Shown here: piece by piece, positions 16,120 through 24,203 of the stretch
Layout of the letters: the number at the start of each line of letters is the position of its first letter
How positions within the stretch are numbered: the first letter of the stretch is position 1
NCBI RefSeq assembly: GCF_001457615.1
Contig: NZ_LN831024.1
Location: 3,600,001-3,632,000 of the forward strand
Reading direction: 5' to 3'
From: Pseudomonas aeruginosa
Lineage (GTDB): Bacteria; Pseudomonadota; Gammaproteobacteria; Pseudomonadales; Pseudomonadaceae
Length of the DNA stretch: 32,000 nucleotides
Notes under the pieces: model-generated
The model's input: only the letters and a program-made list of their open reading frames with translations
What the model was told of the DNA's origin: nothing
Databases searched by the model: none
Program-made: the position numbers and the translations under genes

Positions 16120-16617
16120 CTACAGGTCGCGACTACGGTGCTGCAACATCGGCACCAGGTACACCGGTACCTCCGCCAGTTGCACCAGACGCGCGGCAGT
16201 CCGGCCCAGCGGCGTGTCGAGCTGGGTGCCGTGGCTATGGCTGCCGGCGACGATCAGGTCCACGGCCAGCTTTTCCGCCTCATCGAGGATCATCTGCGGC
16301 GGGTCGCCCTGCACCACCCGCACGCTCTTGACCAGCGCCGCATCCTGGGGCAACTCGCCGAGTTCATCGCGAAACCCTTCCAGGACCCGCTTCTCGATGC
16401 TTTCCATGACGTTGTCCAGCCCTTGCGCCCGCAGGTCTTGGAGACGCTCGGTGTCAAGGTAGGTCTGCAGGACCGACTCGGCGAACAGCCCGAGGGGCTC
16501 CACCACATGGACGACATAGAGCTCGGCGTTGTAGGCGCGGGTCAGCGACAGGGCGTGTTGCAGGACATAGGGAGCATAGAGCCCCAGATCGGTGGCGTAG
16601 AGAATCGAACGAATCAT
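16120..16617 (-). CDS. Universal stress protein (UspA family)
   Basis: MIRSILYATDLGLYAPYVLQHALSLTRAYNAELYVVHVVEP together with the C-terminal VDLIVAGSHSHG...GRTAARLVQLAEVPVYLV is the standard Usp fold signature. Confidence 0.85.
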   Translation of the reverse strand: MIRSILYATDLGLYAPYVLQHALSLTRAYNAELYVVHVVEPLGLFAESVLQTYLDTERLQDLRAQGLDNVMESIEKRVLEGFRDELGELPQDAALVKSVRVVQGDPPQMILDEAEKLAVDLIVAGSHSHGTQLDTPLGRTAARLVQLAEVPVYLVPMLQHRSRDL

Positions 16618-16744
16618 GCGGCCTCCTCGACAGCCTGCGCGGCGGGCCTCATTAGCAGATTAGCAGCAAGCATCCATTCTCCTAGCGTTCCCTGCTGTTT
16701 CGGGCTTTTTCCGGCCCGTTGGGGTAAATCCCTTTTCTCCCTGC

Positions 16745-16773
16745 GAGCGCGGCGCCGGCTGGTCGCCGCGCTC
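16745..16773 (-). terminator. GC-rich hairpin 3' of the ketopantoate-reductase-like gene
   Basis: Perfect 10-bp inverted repeat GAGCGCGGCG / CGCCGCGCTC with a 9-nt loop, 7 nt after the stop at 16780. No U-run follows, so it may be a stabiliser rather than a terminator. Confidence 0.35.
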
Positions 16774-16779
16774 GGCCCT

Positions 16780-17727
16780 TCAGCGCGGTTGTGCTTCGAG
16801 GAAGCGCAACGCCTGGTACAGCGCCTCGACCCTGGGCATCCGGTAGCCCGCAGCAGCAGCGCGGGCCAGGGGCGCGGCATAGATCGCCGCCAGCTCCAAT
16901 GGCCGCCCATGGGCGAAGTCGTGGTACATGCTCGGCCGATAGTCGGGCATCCGCTCGGTCGCCGCCAGCAGTTGGTCCGCATAGCCCTCAGGCAGGATGA
17001 AGCCGCAGGCGCCGGCAGCACCGATGACTTCCTCCATGATCGCCTCGATCAGCGACCGACTGTCCGCGTTGGCCATCAGCGGCGCGGTGCTGCTCTTCAG
17101 CAATACCGACAGCCCGTTGTAGGGGATGTTCCAGACCAGCTTCTGCCAGCGCGCCTGCTCCAGGTCGGGCATCGCCGTGGACTCCAGCCCGGACTCGCGG
17201 AACAGCGCGGCACCCTCCTCGACGATCTCGCGCCGGCGTCGCTCGTCGGCCGGTCCGGAATGATAGCCGAGATTCACTCCGCCGTAGGCCTGGTGCTCGA
17301 TCACGCCCGGTTCGCCGCGATGCACACAGATGAAGCAGAGGCCGCCCAGCAGATGCAGGCTTTCCGGCAGCAGCGGCCGCAGCCGCTCCTCCACGCCCAG
17401 ACCGTTCTGCAGCAGCAGAACCTTGGCTCCCGGCGCCGCCGCTGCGCGGATCAGGGGTGCCAGTTCGTGATTGCCGGTGGTCTTGGCGCCCACCAGCAAC
17501 CAGTCGCAGGGCGGCATGTCCTGCGCCGAATGGTAGGCCTGGACCGGCGCCAGGCGCCGGAAGCCATGCACCGCACTATTCAGGCTGAGTCCGGCGCGAT
17601 TGACCGCCTCGAACTCGCTGCGCAGGAGAAAATGCACGTCGTGACCGGCATGCGCCAGCATCAATCCATAGAAGCCGCCGATGGCTCCCGTACCGATGAC
17701 GCCGATCCGTTGCTGCTTTGAATCCAT
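16780..17727 (-). CDS. 2-dehydropantoate 2-reductase (ApbA/PanE family) homologue
   Basis: N-terminal Rossmann motif IGVIGTGAIGGFYG. The family-typical length (315 aa) and the C-terminal region SMYHDFAHGRPLE match the ketopantoate reductase family. Confidence 0.75.
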   Translation of the reverse strand: MDSKQQRIGVIGTGAIGGFYGLMLAHAGHDVHFLLRSEFEAVNRAGLSLNSAVHGFRRLAPVQAYHSAQDMPPCDWLLVGAKTTGNHELAPLIRAAAAPGAKVLLLQNGLGVEERLRPLLPESLHLLGGLCFICVHRGEPGVIEHQAYGGVNLGYHSGPADERRRREIVEEGAALFRESGLESTAMPDLEQARWQKLVWNIPYNGLSVLLKSSTAPLMANADSRSLIEAIMEEVIGAAGACGFILPEGYADQLLAATERMPDYRPSMYHDFAHGRPLELAAIYAAPLARAAAAGYRMPRVEALYQALRFLEAQPR

Positions 17728-18107
17728 CAGGGCAACTCCTCAGGTAAAGCGGTCGACCCCGCCAGCACCGCACCCCGCAAGGCTTCCTGGTGCAGCGGAA
17801 CGTTCAGTGCGCCATGGAAGCGGCCGTCGCGGACCATGAACAGGGCCGGCAGGTGAAAGACGCCGTAGCGTTCCACCAGGCCGCCATTGCGGCCGGCGTC
17901 CACCCAGCACAGGCGCTCGATGGGCAGGTCCATCGCGGGGAGATGGCGCCGGGCCCAGCGGCACGACGCGCAGCCTTCGCTGGTGAATACCAACAGCGAA
18001 ACCCCTTCCAGGGCAAGCAACTGCCGGTCGGCGTCCAGATCGGTGAGTTCCAGGGACGGCACGCTGCTGACCTCGATAGAAAGGAAGAAATGGGGCCCGA
18101 CCATCAT
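17727..18107 (-). CDS. Thioredoxin-like protein with CASC motif
   Basis: VFTSEGCASCRWAR (CxxC) followed by VFHLPALFMV (cis-Pro region). The stop overlaps the next start in ATGA (17725-17729). The start is uncertain: I chose MMVGP at 18107, while the track start is 18167. Confidence 0.6.
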   Translation of the reverse strand: MMVGPHFFLSIEVSSVPSLELTDLDADRQLLALEGVSLLVFTSEGCASCRWARRHLPAMDLPIERLCWVDAGRNGGLVERYGVFHLPALFMVRDGRFHGALNVPLHQEALRGAVLAGSTALPEELP

Positions 18108-18421
18108 CCGTAGGCTTCGGCTCCTGCGATAGCGCTGGCGCCCTCCTCGGCCAGCGGATACGCGCAAGGCGCGCCCCTCCGCAGCACCTGCACAATATCG
18201 TCCGCGGCGGCCTCACCTGCAACTCCGCTGGCAGCCTTGGCCCGGAGCAACGAAGAAAACGTGCGCAGAGCGGGGAAAACACCGGCGAACCGCGTCCCGC
18301 CCATTGTCTAGGCCCGGCCCGACACGTTAAGGTTCGTCTCCCCGTTTGCGAACTTCATGCCTGCGCCCTTTCGCAGGGGGCCTCCCGGCGGCCGGCGCCC
18401 GTGACCTGATTGAGTACCACG

Positions 18422-19498
18422 ATGGCTGATTTACAGATCGACGACCTTAACGTTGCCTCCAACGAGACCCTGATCACGCCGGAGCAGCTCAAGCGTGAAA
18501 TTCCCCTGACCGACAAGGCCCTGCAGACCGTGGCCCATGGTCGCCAGGTGGTGCGCGACATCCTGGATGGCAAGGACCACCGTCTGTTCGTGGTGATCGG
18601 CCCCTGCTCCATCCACGACATCAAGGCCGCCCACGAATACGCCGACCGCCTCAAGGCGCTCGCGGCCGAAGTGGCGGATACGCTGTTCCTGGTGATGCGC
18701 GTGTACTTCGAGAAGCCGCGTACCACGGTGGGCTGGAAAGGCCTGATCAACGATCCGTACCTGGACGACTCGTTCAAGATCCAGGATGGCCTGCACATCG
18801 GTCGCCAACTGCTCCGCGACCTCGCCGAGAAAGGCTTGCCCACCGCCACCGAAGCGCTCGACCCGATTTCCCCGCAGTACCTGCAGGACCTGATCAGCTG
18901 GTCGGCGATCGGCGCCCGTACCACCGAATCGCAGACCCACCGCGAGATGGCCTCCGGCCTGTCTTCCGCGGTCGGCTTCAAGAACGGCACCGATGGCAGC
19001 CTGACCGTGGCGATCAATGCCCTGCAGTCGGTCTCCAGCCCGCATCGCTTCCTCGGCATCAACCAGCAGGGCGGCGTATCCATCGTCACCACCAAGGGCA
19101 ACCGCTATGGTCACGTGGTGTTGCGCGGCGGCAACGGCAAGCCGAACTACGATTCGGTCAGCGTCGCGCTCTGCGAGCAGGACCTGAACAAGGCGAAAAT
19201 CCCGCTGAACATCATGGTCGACTGCAGCCACGCCAACTCCAACAAGGACCCGGCCCTGCAACCGCTGGTGATGGACAACGTCAGCAACCAGATCGTCGAA
19301 GGCAACAACTCGATCGTCGGCCTGATGGTGGAAAGCCACCTGGGCTGGGGCAGCCAGCCGATTCCGAAGGATCTCGACCAACTTCAGTACGGCGTTTCCA
19401 TCACCGACGCCTGCATCGACTGGGCGACCACCGAGAAGAGCATCCGCAGCATGCACGCCAAGCTCAAGGAAGTGCTGCCGAAACGCCAGCGCGGCTGA
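18422..19498 (+). CDS. Class I (AroG/F/H-type) 3-deoxy-D-arabino-heptulosonate-7-phosphate synthase
   Basis: Extensive co-linear similarity to E. coli AroG: RLFVVIGPCSIHD, VMRVYFEKPRTTVGWKGLINDP, WSAIGARTTESQTHREMASGLS, VGFKNGTDG, MVDCSHANS. I prefer ATG 18422 (358 aa) to the TTG at 18410. Feedback specificity cannot be read from the sequence. Confidence 0.9.
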   Translation: MADLQIDDLNVASNETLITPEQLKREIPLTDKALQTVAHGRQVVRDILDGKDHRLFVVIGPCSIHDIKAAHEYADRLKALAAEVADTLFLVMRVYFEKPRTTVGWKGLINDPYLDDSFKIQDGLHIGRQLLRDLAEKGLPTATEALDPISPQYLQDLISWSAIGARTTESQTHREMASGLSSAVGFKNGTDGSLTVAINALQSVSSPHRFLGINQQGGVSIVTTKGNRYGHVVLRGGNGKPNYDSVSVALCEQDLNKAKIPLNIMVDCSHANSNKDPALQPLVMDNVSNQIVEGNNSIVGLMVESHLGWGSQPIPKDLDQLQYGVSITDACIDWATTEKSIRSMHAKLKEVLPKRQRG

Positions 19499-19512
19499 GC
19501 GAGGCGGAAACG

Positions 19513-19541
19513 AAAACGCCGGGCTGATGCCCGGCGTTTTT
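19513..19541. terminator. Bidirectional rho-independent terminator
   Basis: AAAACGCCGGG-CTGATG-CCCGGCGTTTTT: 7-bp GC stem flanked by an A-run and a T-run, between the convergent stops at 19498 (+) and 19556 (-). Confidence 0.8.
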
Positions 19542-19555
19542 CATTGCGCGCCTGC

Positions 19556-19840
19556 TCAGGCGGCCGGATCGGCCTGACGCTGGCGACGCTCGATGTAACG
19601 CTCCACGTAGGAGCAGGACGGGATCACGCTGTAGCCCATGCGGTCGGCGTACTGCAGGGCGTGCTCGGTCAACGCGGCGGCGATACCGCGACCACGCAGC
19701 GAATCCGGTACGAAGGTCCGGTAGATATCCAGCGTCTGCTTGCCCAGGTCCATATAGGCCAGATAGGCACGATGGCCATCCACCGTCGTCTCGAATTGAT
19801 GGCCGCCCACGTCATGATGGATGGACAGGGACTCGCTCAC
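19556..19840 (-). CDS. Small GNAT-like N-acetyltransferase (94 aa, YjdJ-type)
   Basis: GTG start at 19840 preceded by GAGGAG. VPDSLRGRGIAAALTEHALQYADRMGYSVIPSCSYV is the acetyl-CoA-binding R/Q-x-x-G-x-A core of minimal GNAT proteins. The track's 192-aa ORF overextends. Confidence 0.7.
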   Translation of the reverse strand: MSESLSIHHDVGGHQFETTVDGHRAYLAYMDLGKQTLDIYRTFVPDSLRGRGIAAALTEHALQYADRMGYSVIPSCSYVERYIERRQRQADPAA

Positions 19841-20224
19841 TTTGGATCTCCTCAACGGGTTCGTAACCCGACCCGCGCCTGATTGATAGGTTCCTCGCGA
19901 GGAAGCCCCCGCGTACCGGCCTCCAGCGGACCGCCGGAGACCTTCGTCCGTTCTCGTCCCGGTGGCGGATCGCGCCTGGCGGACATCCTCGAAACGGCTG
20001 GCCTGCACCGCATGCAAGGCCGGACTAACGATAGGGCCCATATTGCTGTCTTCCCCGGTCAGACTCAACCGTTTCTTCTGGCAGGAACGCGCAGGCGTCG
20101 CTGGAGCCCTGGCCGGGAGGCCGCGCAAGCGCAATCGCGCATGACCCGCGGGTCAGCCAAAGCGCTTTACGCCGACGGCGGCCATCAGTAAGGTCTGCGC
20201 CACTCCACCAAAAGGAATCCTGCC

Positions 20225-20914
20225 ATGAGCGAGTTGATCAGCTACCAGTTCGAAGACGGCATCGCCACCCTGACCCTCAACAACGGCAAGGTGAACGCCA
20301 TCTCCCCGGCGGTGATCGACGCCTTCAACCAGGCTCTCGACCAGGCCTTGCAGGACAAGGCCGTGGTCATCGTCACCGGCCAGCCGGGCATCCTCTCCGG
20401 TGGCTACGACCTGAAGGTCATGACCTCCGGCCCGGAGAATGCCGTCAACCTGGTCGCCGCCGGCTCGACCCTGGCTCGCCGCCTGCTCTCCCATCCCTAC
20501 CCGGTGATCGTCGCCTGCCCCGGGCACGCGGTAGCCAAGGGCGCCTTCCTGCTGCTCTCGGCCGACTACCGGATCGGCGTCGACGGGCCGTTCCAGATCG
20601 GCCTGAACGAAGTCGCCATCGGCATGACCATGCACCATGTCGGCATCGAACTGGCCCGCGATCGCCTGCGCAAGTCGGCGTTCACCCGCTCGGTCATCAA
20701 TGCCGAGATGTTCAGTCCGGCCGCTGCGGTGGATGCCGGCTTCCTCGACACCCTGGTCAGCGCCGACCAGTTGCAGGAAAGCGCGCGTGCAGCGGCCCAG
20801 CAGTTGAAGAAACTCAACATGACCGCGCACCGCAATACCAAGCTCAAGGTGCGCAAGGCACTGCTGGAAACCCTCGACCAGGCGATCGAGCTGGACAAGA
20901 AGCACCTGGGCTAA
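20225..20914 (+). CDS. Enoyl-CoA hydratase/isomerase (crotonase) family protein
   Basis: ATLTLNNGKVNAIS, IVTGQPGILSGGYDLK and ACPGHAVAKGAFLLLSADYRI match the crotonase fold and oxyanion-hole segments. Confidence 0.85.
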   Translation: MSELISYQFEDGIATLTLNNGKVNAISPAVIDAFNQALDQALQDKAVVIVTGQPGILSGGYDLKVMTSGPENAVNLVAAGSTLARRLLSHPYPVIVACPGHAVAKGAFLLLSADYRIGVDGPFQIGLNEVAIGMTMHHVGIELARDRLRKSAFTRSVINAEMFSPAAAVDAGFLDTLVSADQLQESARAAAQQLKKLNMTAHRNTKLKVRKALLETLDQAIELDKKHLG

Positions 20915-20928
20915 GGCCCGCTCCAGCG

Positions 20929-20955
20929 AAAGCCCGGTTGATACCGGGCTTTTTT
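20929..20955 (+). terminator. Rho-independent terminator
   Basis: AGCCCGG-TTGATA-CCGGGCT followed by TTTTTT. Confidence 0.75.
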
Positions 20956-21063
20956 GCGCCCAATAATTACTTATTACGCAAAGGTAACTCTCCAGAACTG
21001 CTATTTTTAAAAAATTATTACGAATTATCCTGATGACATTCCCAAGGAAAACCGGAGGTCATC

Positions 21064-21252
21064 ATGAAACGCAATGTCTTCGCCGCCATTCTCCTCGGCA
21101 TGGCTACCACCCTCGCAGTGCAAGCCAGCTTCGCCGACGAATCCAGCCTGATGGAAAACCGCATGGTCCAACTGAACCAGCACGCCATCGAGCAGGCCCA
21201 GCAGCAACAGGCCACGGCGCCAACCGCGAGCGACACCGATGCGCAGGGTTGA
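21064..21252 (+). CDS. Small secreted Gln-rich protein (62 aa)
   Basis: SD GGAGG 7 nt upstream. Signal peptide MKRNVFAAILLGMATTLAVQA. Mature part ...EQAQQQQATAPTASDTDAQG. A terminator follows. Confidence 0.6.
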   Translation: MKRNVFAAILLGMATTLAVQASFADESSLMENRMVQLNQHAIEQAQQQQATAPTASDTDAQG

Positions 21253-21294
21253 ACGCCGCCTGCCAGGAACGTTTTTCTTTTCCCCGCAACCCTG

Positions 21295-21320
21295 AAAAGC
21301 CCGGCTCACGCCGGGCTTTT
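21295..21320. terminator. Bidirectional rho-independent terminator
   Basis: AAAAGCCCGG-CTCACG-CCGGGCTTTT. The outer arms CCTGAA/TTCAGG extend it onto the stop codon of the minus-strand macro-domain gene. Confidence 0.75.
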
Positions 21321-21323
21321 CGT

Positions 21324-21830
21324 TCAGGCCAGCTTTTCCTCGGCCGCCACGCCCTTGCGATAGACCTCGTAGAGAATCACCGGGATCTCCAGATCGCCCA
21401 GGTGGCGAACCACCAGCGGCTTGACCTCGGACCAGTCCAGCCCGCCCACTCCCGTCGCCACGCAGGGCAGAGCCAGGCTGCTCACCCCTTCGCTGCGCAC
21501 ATAGCGGGCCAGCTCGCGCAGGGCATGGCCGACATCCTCCAGGCTCGCCTTGCCCGGCTTGGCGCTACGACCGCTGTGCAGCATGCCCTGGGTGATCAGG
21601 TTGACGATGCACTGGGTCTTGCCCTGCTCGTCGACCCCGGCCCAGACCCAGATGCCGCCCGGCTCGGGCGCCCTGGCATGGGCGGCATGCCGGTAGTCGC
21701 GAACCATCGACGGCCAGCATTCGCGCAAGGCGAGGGCCAGGCCGCTGTCGAAATGGTCCTGGGGCGCGATGCCGTGGGCGATCACCTGGGCCCCGGAAAG
21801 CAGAATGTCACCTTCAACTTCACGAATCAT
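21324..21830 (-). CDS. Stand-alone macro domain (ADP-ribose binding/hydrolase) protein, 168 aa
   Basis: Start at ATG 21830 (MIREVEGDILLSGAQVIAHG), the typical macro N-terminus (x-G-D-I-x...ivn). A later SLALPCVATGVGG matches the phosphate-binding G-x-G-G loop. The track start at 21881 is an overextension. Confidence 0.75.
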   Translation of the reverse strand: MIREVEGDILLSGAQVIAHGIAPQDHFDSGLALALRECWPSMVRDYRHAAHARAPEPGGIWVWAGVDEQGKTQCIVNLITQGMLHSGRSAKPGKASLEDVGHALRELARYVRSEGVSSLALPCVATGVGGLDWSEVKPLVVRHLGDLEIPVILYEVYRKGVAAEEKLA

Positions 21831-22050
21831 GAGCGTTTCCTTCTTGGCTTCGGGACAGGCGCTTCGTGCGCCGCCCTGCATCTTTCACCGTACGCCTTGC
21901 CCGCCGGCGCCAGTTGATGCGTATCAAGAACGGCCGGTCCCATCCGCTACGGGCCGACTAGACTGCATGCGAGGGAACCTTGGAGGCGCCTCGCCTCTCC
22001 ATTGGATTCCAGCCTCGTGCCGTCTCATCCATGACAAGGAAACAACCGCC

Positions 22051-22539
22051 ATGCCGAAATGGATTGCACTTTGCCTGATCCCGCTGTTGGCAAGCTGCGC
22101 CACCTGCCGCCAGGACAGCGACAGGGAAAAACTGCTGTACGAGAACGACATGCTGCAGGCGAAACTGATCATCGTCGCCAACGACCGCGATCGCCTGCCG
22201 CTGGCCCAGGCCCTGCTGGAGCGCGCGGCGCGCGAGGACCGCAGCGGCGAGGCGGACTTCTACCAGGCCGTGCTGATCGCTCGCCGCGACGGCCAGGCCA
22301 GCGATTGCGAGCGCATCACCCGCCTCCTCGAACGTTCCGCCGAGCGACGCTACCCGCTGGCCAACGCGATGCTCTACAAGATCTACGCCGAGCCCTTCCT
22401 GTTGCCGCGCGCCGATATTCCCAAGGCGGAGACCTATCGCCAGGCCTACGCCGAGCTGCCGGTCGCGCGCAGCGGCTACCCCTCCTTCGAGCGAGCCCGG
22501 CAGGTGGTCGATCGTCTGCTCGCGCCGACTTCGTCCTGA
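22051..22539 (+). CDS. Lipoprotein, helical (possibly Sel1/TPR-like) repeats
   Basis: ATG 22051 with AGGAA upstream. Lipobox LLASC in MPKWIALCLIPLLASC. Helical repeat-like segments (LAQALLERAAREDRSGEADFYQAVL, ITRLLERSAERRYPLANAMLYKIY). The track's 256-aa ORF overextends. Confidence 0.65.
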   Translation: MPKWIALCLIPLLASCATCRQDSDREKLLYENDMLQAKLIIVANDRDRLPLAQALLERAAREDRSGEADFYQAVLIARRDGQASDCERITRLLERSAERRYPLANAMLYKIYAEPFLLPRADIPKAETYRQAYAELPVARSGYPSFERARQVVDRLLAPTSS

Positions 22540-22693
22540 TCCATCGGGCCCGAACCCGGGCCCCGCAACCCGTACCGGTCGTTCGGCCAAAGCATCATTT
22601 CTGTCGATAGTTAATAGCGCGACAATTCGTTATCCAATCGAATTCTTCTCCGCGATCCTATGCCCATCCGAGGTATCGATCACGGAAGCCGCC

Positions 22694-22912
22694 ATGAAAC
22701 GTCGCAGCCCCCGCCATTACGCCCGCAACACCGCCCTGGCCACCCTGGGTCTGTACGCCATCCTCATGCTGGTCGTGCTGAGCCTCGTCGCCGGCGCCGA
22801 AAGCGCCAGGAACGCCACACCGGACAACGACACCGCCACGACCTTCTCCAACCAGATCGGCCAGGCCCTGCCAGGCCTGCTCTCGGGGTTGAACAGTCGA
22901 CGCGCCGGTTGA
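22694..22912 (+). CDS. Small membrane-anchored protein (72 aa), unknown function
   Basis: SD GGAAG. Basic N-terminus MKRRSPRHYARN followed by a TM segment TALATLGLYAILMLVVLSLVAGA. Confidence 0.5.
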   Translation: MKRRSPRHYARNTALATLGLYAILMLVVLSLVAGAESARNATPDNDTATTFSNQIGQALPGLLSGLNSRRAG

Positions 22913-22939
22913 ACGCCGGCTTCTTTCCCGGGAAACAGC

Positions 22940-23179
22940 ATGAGAAGGCAAACACGGAAATTCTGGATCGTCGCCGCCCTGGCGATATTGACCAATGGCT
23001 ACTCGCTACTCGGCCTCGCCCAAGGCTCGGCAGGCGCACTGGCGCGCACCATCGAATGCAACCAGGCGATGGTCCGCGCGCTGGCGGCCAACCTGGCGCT
23101 GAAGCTGCAGAGCGGCACCCCGCCGGCACGCCCGCAGCGCTGGATCCCGGAGCGCTTCATCCTCGACTGCCCGGCCTGA
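22940..23179 (+). CDS. Small exported/membrane protein (79 aa), unknown function
   Basis: MRRQTRKFWIVAALAILTNGYSLLGLAQG (basic plus hydrophobic N-terminus). Two Cys residues in the mature part. A hairpin follows at 23188-23215. Confidence 0.5.
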   Translation: MRRQTRKFWIVAALAILTNGYSLLGLAQGSAGALARTIECNQAMVRALAANLALKLQSGTPPARPQRWIPERFILDCPA

Positions 23180-23187
23180 AACGAAAA

Positions 23188-23215
23188 CGCCGCCAACCCC
23201 GGGAGGCTGGCGGCG
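23188..23215. terminator. Hairpin terminator between convergent genes (U-run on the minus-strand side)
   Basis: CGCCGCCA / TGGCGGCG form an 8-bp stem with extra inner pairs. On the minus strand it is followed by TTTTCGTTT, so it best serves the GATase gene ending at 23237. Confidence 0.6.
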
Positions 23216-23236
23216 CTCGCATGGCGCGGAGCCGGC

Positions 23237-23959
23237 TCAGGCGCCGGTCGGCTGGCGCGCGACGAAACGCATCATCCATTCGGCGACGACGGTGCCCTGG
23301 TGGTCCCCCGCCAGGCTATCGACCCCCTTGCGATAGAGTTCCTCGCCCAGGTGCTGCTGGCGCAGTTCGAGCAGTTCGCGGGAGTAGTCGTGGACGAACT
23401 CGGGATGCCCCTGGAAGCACAGCACCTGGTCGCCGATGGCGTAGGCGGCATAGGGACAGAAGTCGCTGGAAGCGATCACCCGCGCGTTTTCCGGCAGCCG
23501 GGTGACCTGGTCCTGGTGGCTGATCAACAGGGTCAGGTCCGGCAGCGCCGGGCTCATCCAGTCGGCCCGTTCGTTCAACTGGTACTGGTGGATGCCCATG
23601 CCCCAGCCCTGGCTGGCGCGCTCGGCCTTGCCACCGAGCAGCAGGGCCAGCAACTGGTGGCCGAAACACACGCCGAGGAGCTTGTCGCCGCGCTCGTAGC
23701 GGTCCAGGAGGAAGGTCTTCAGGGTCTGGATCCACGGGTCGGGACCGAAGGAGTCGGCCTTGCTGCCGGTCACCAGGTAGGCGTCGAAGCGCTCGTCGTC
23801 CGCCGGATAGCGCCCCTCCACCACGTTGTAGATGACGAATTCGGCGGCGATCGGTTGCTTGGCGAACAGTTGCTGGAACATCCGGCCGTAGCCTTCGTAG
23901 CGCTCGATCAGCTCGGGACGAAGGATATCGGTTTCCAGGATACAGATGCGGAGCGACAT
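23237..23959 (-). CDS. Class I glutamine amidotransferase-like protein
   Basis: GVCFGHQLLA nucleophile elbow (Cys) and the later GHPEF (His of the triad) are diagnostic for GATase1. Confidence 0.85.
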   Translation of the reverse strand: MSLRICILETDILRPELIERYEGYGRMFQQLFAKQPIAAEFVIYNVVEGRYPADDERFDAYLVTGSKADSFGPDPWIQTLKTFLLDRYERGDKLLGVCFGHQLLALLLGGKAERASQGWGMGIHQYQLNERADWMSPALPDLTLLISHQDQVTRLPENARVIASSDFCPYAAYAIGDQVLCFQGHPEFVHDYSRELLELRQQHLGEELYRKGVDSLAGDHQGTVVAEWMMRFVARQPTGA

Positions 23960-24203
23960 AAAGACTCTCTGAAGAAGTGGGGTTATTGTCGTTTTCGTTT
24001 GATTTAATTAACACAGGAGCGCGGGCAAGGGAACCGTCGCCCTGGCCTCGAAAGGAATATCCGGACGATTCGCCAAAAAACAAGCAGCCGGCAGAAAGAT
24101 TCCCGAGACGCCCAGCCGTAAAGAAATCTGCACAGGAGACGGAAGGACTCCCCATGCCCGGAACCGCCACGTAAACTGGCGGTTTTCCCGCGAGGCACAC
24201 GCC

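Noticed and set aside
18357-18404. 15-codon uORF (MPAPFRRGPPGGRRP) upstream of the DAHP synthase as a possible aromatic-amino-acid attenuator leader
   Set aside because: It has only one Phe codon and no Tyr/Trp/Phe run. There is no convincing alternative terminator/antiterminator pairing and no SD, so it is most likely fortuitous.
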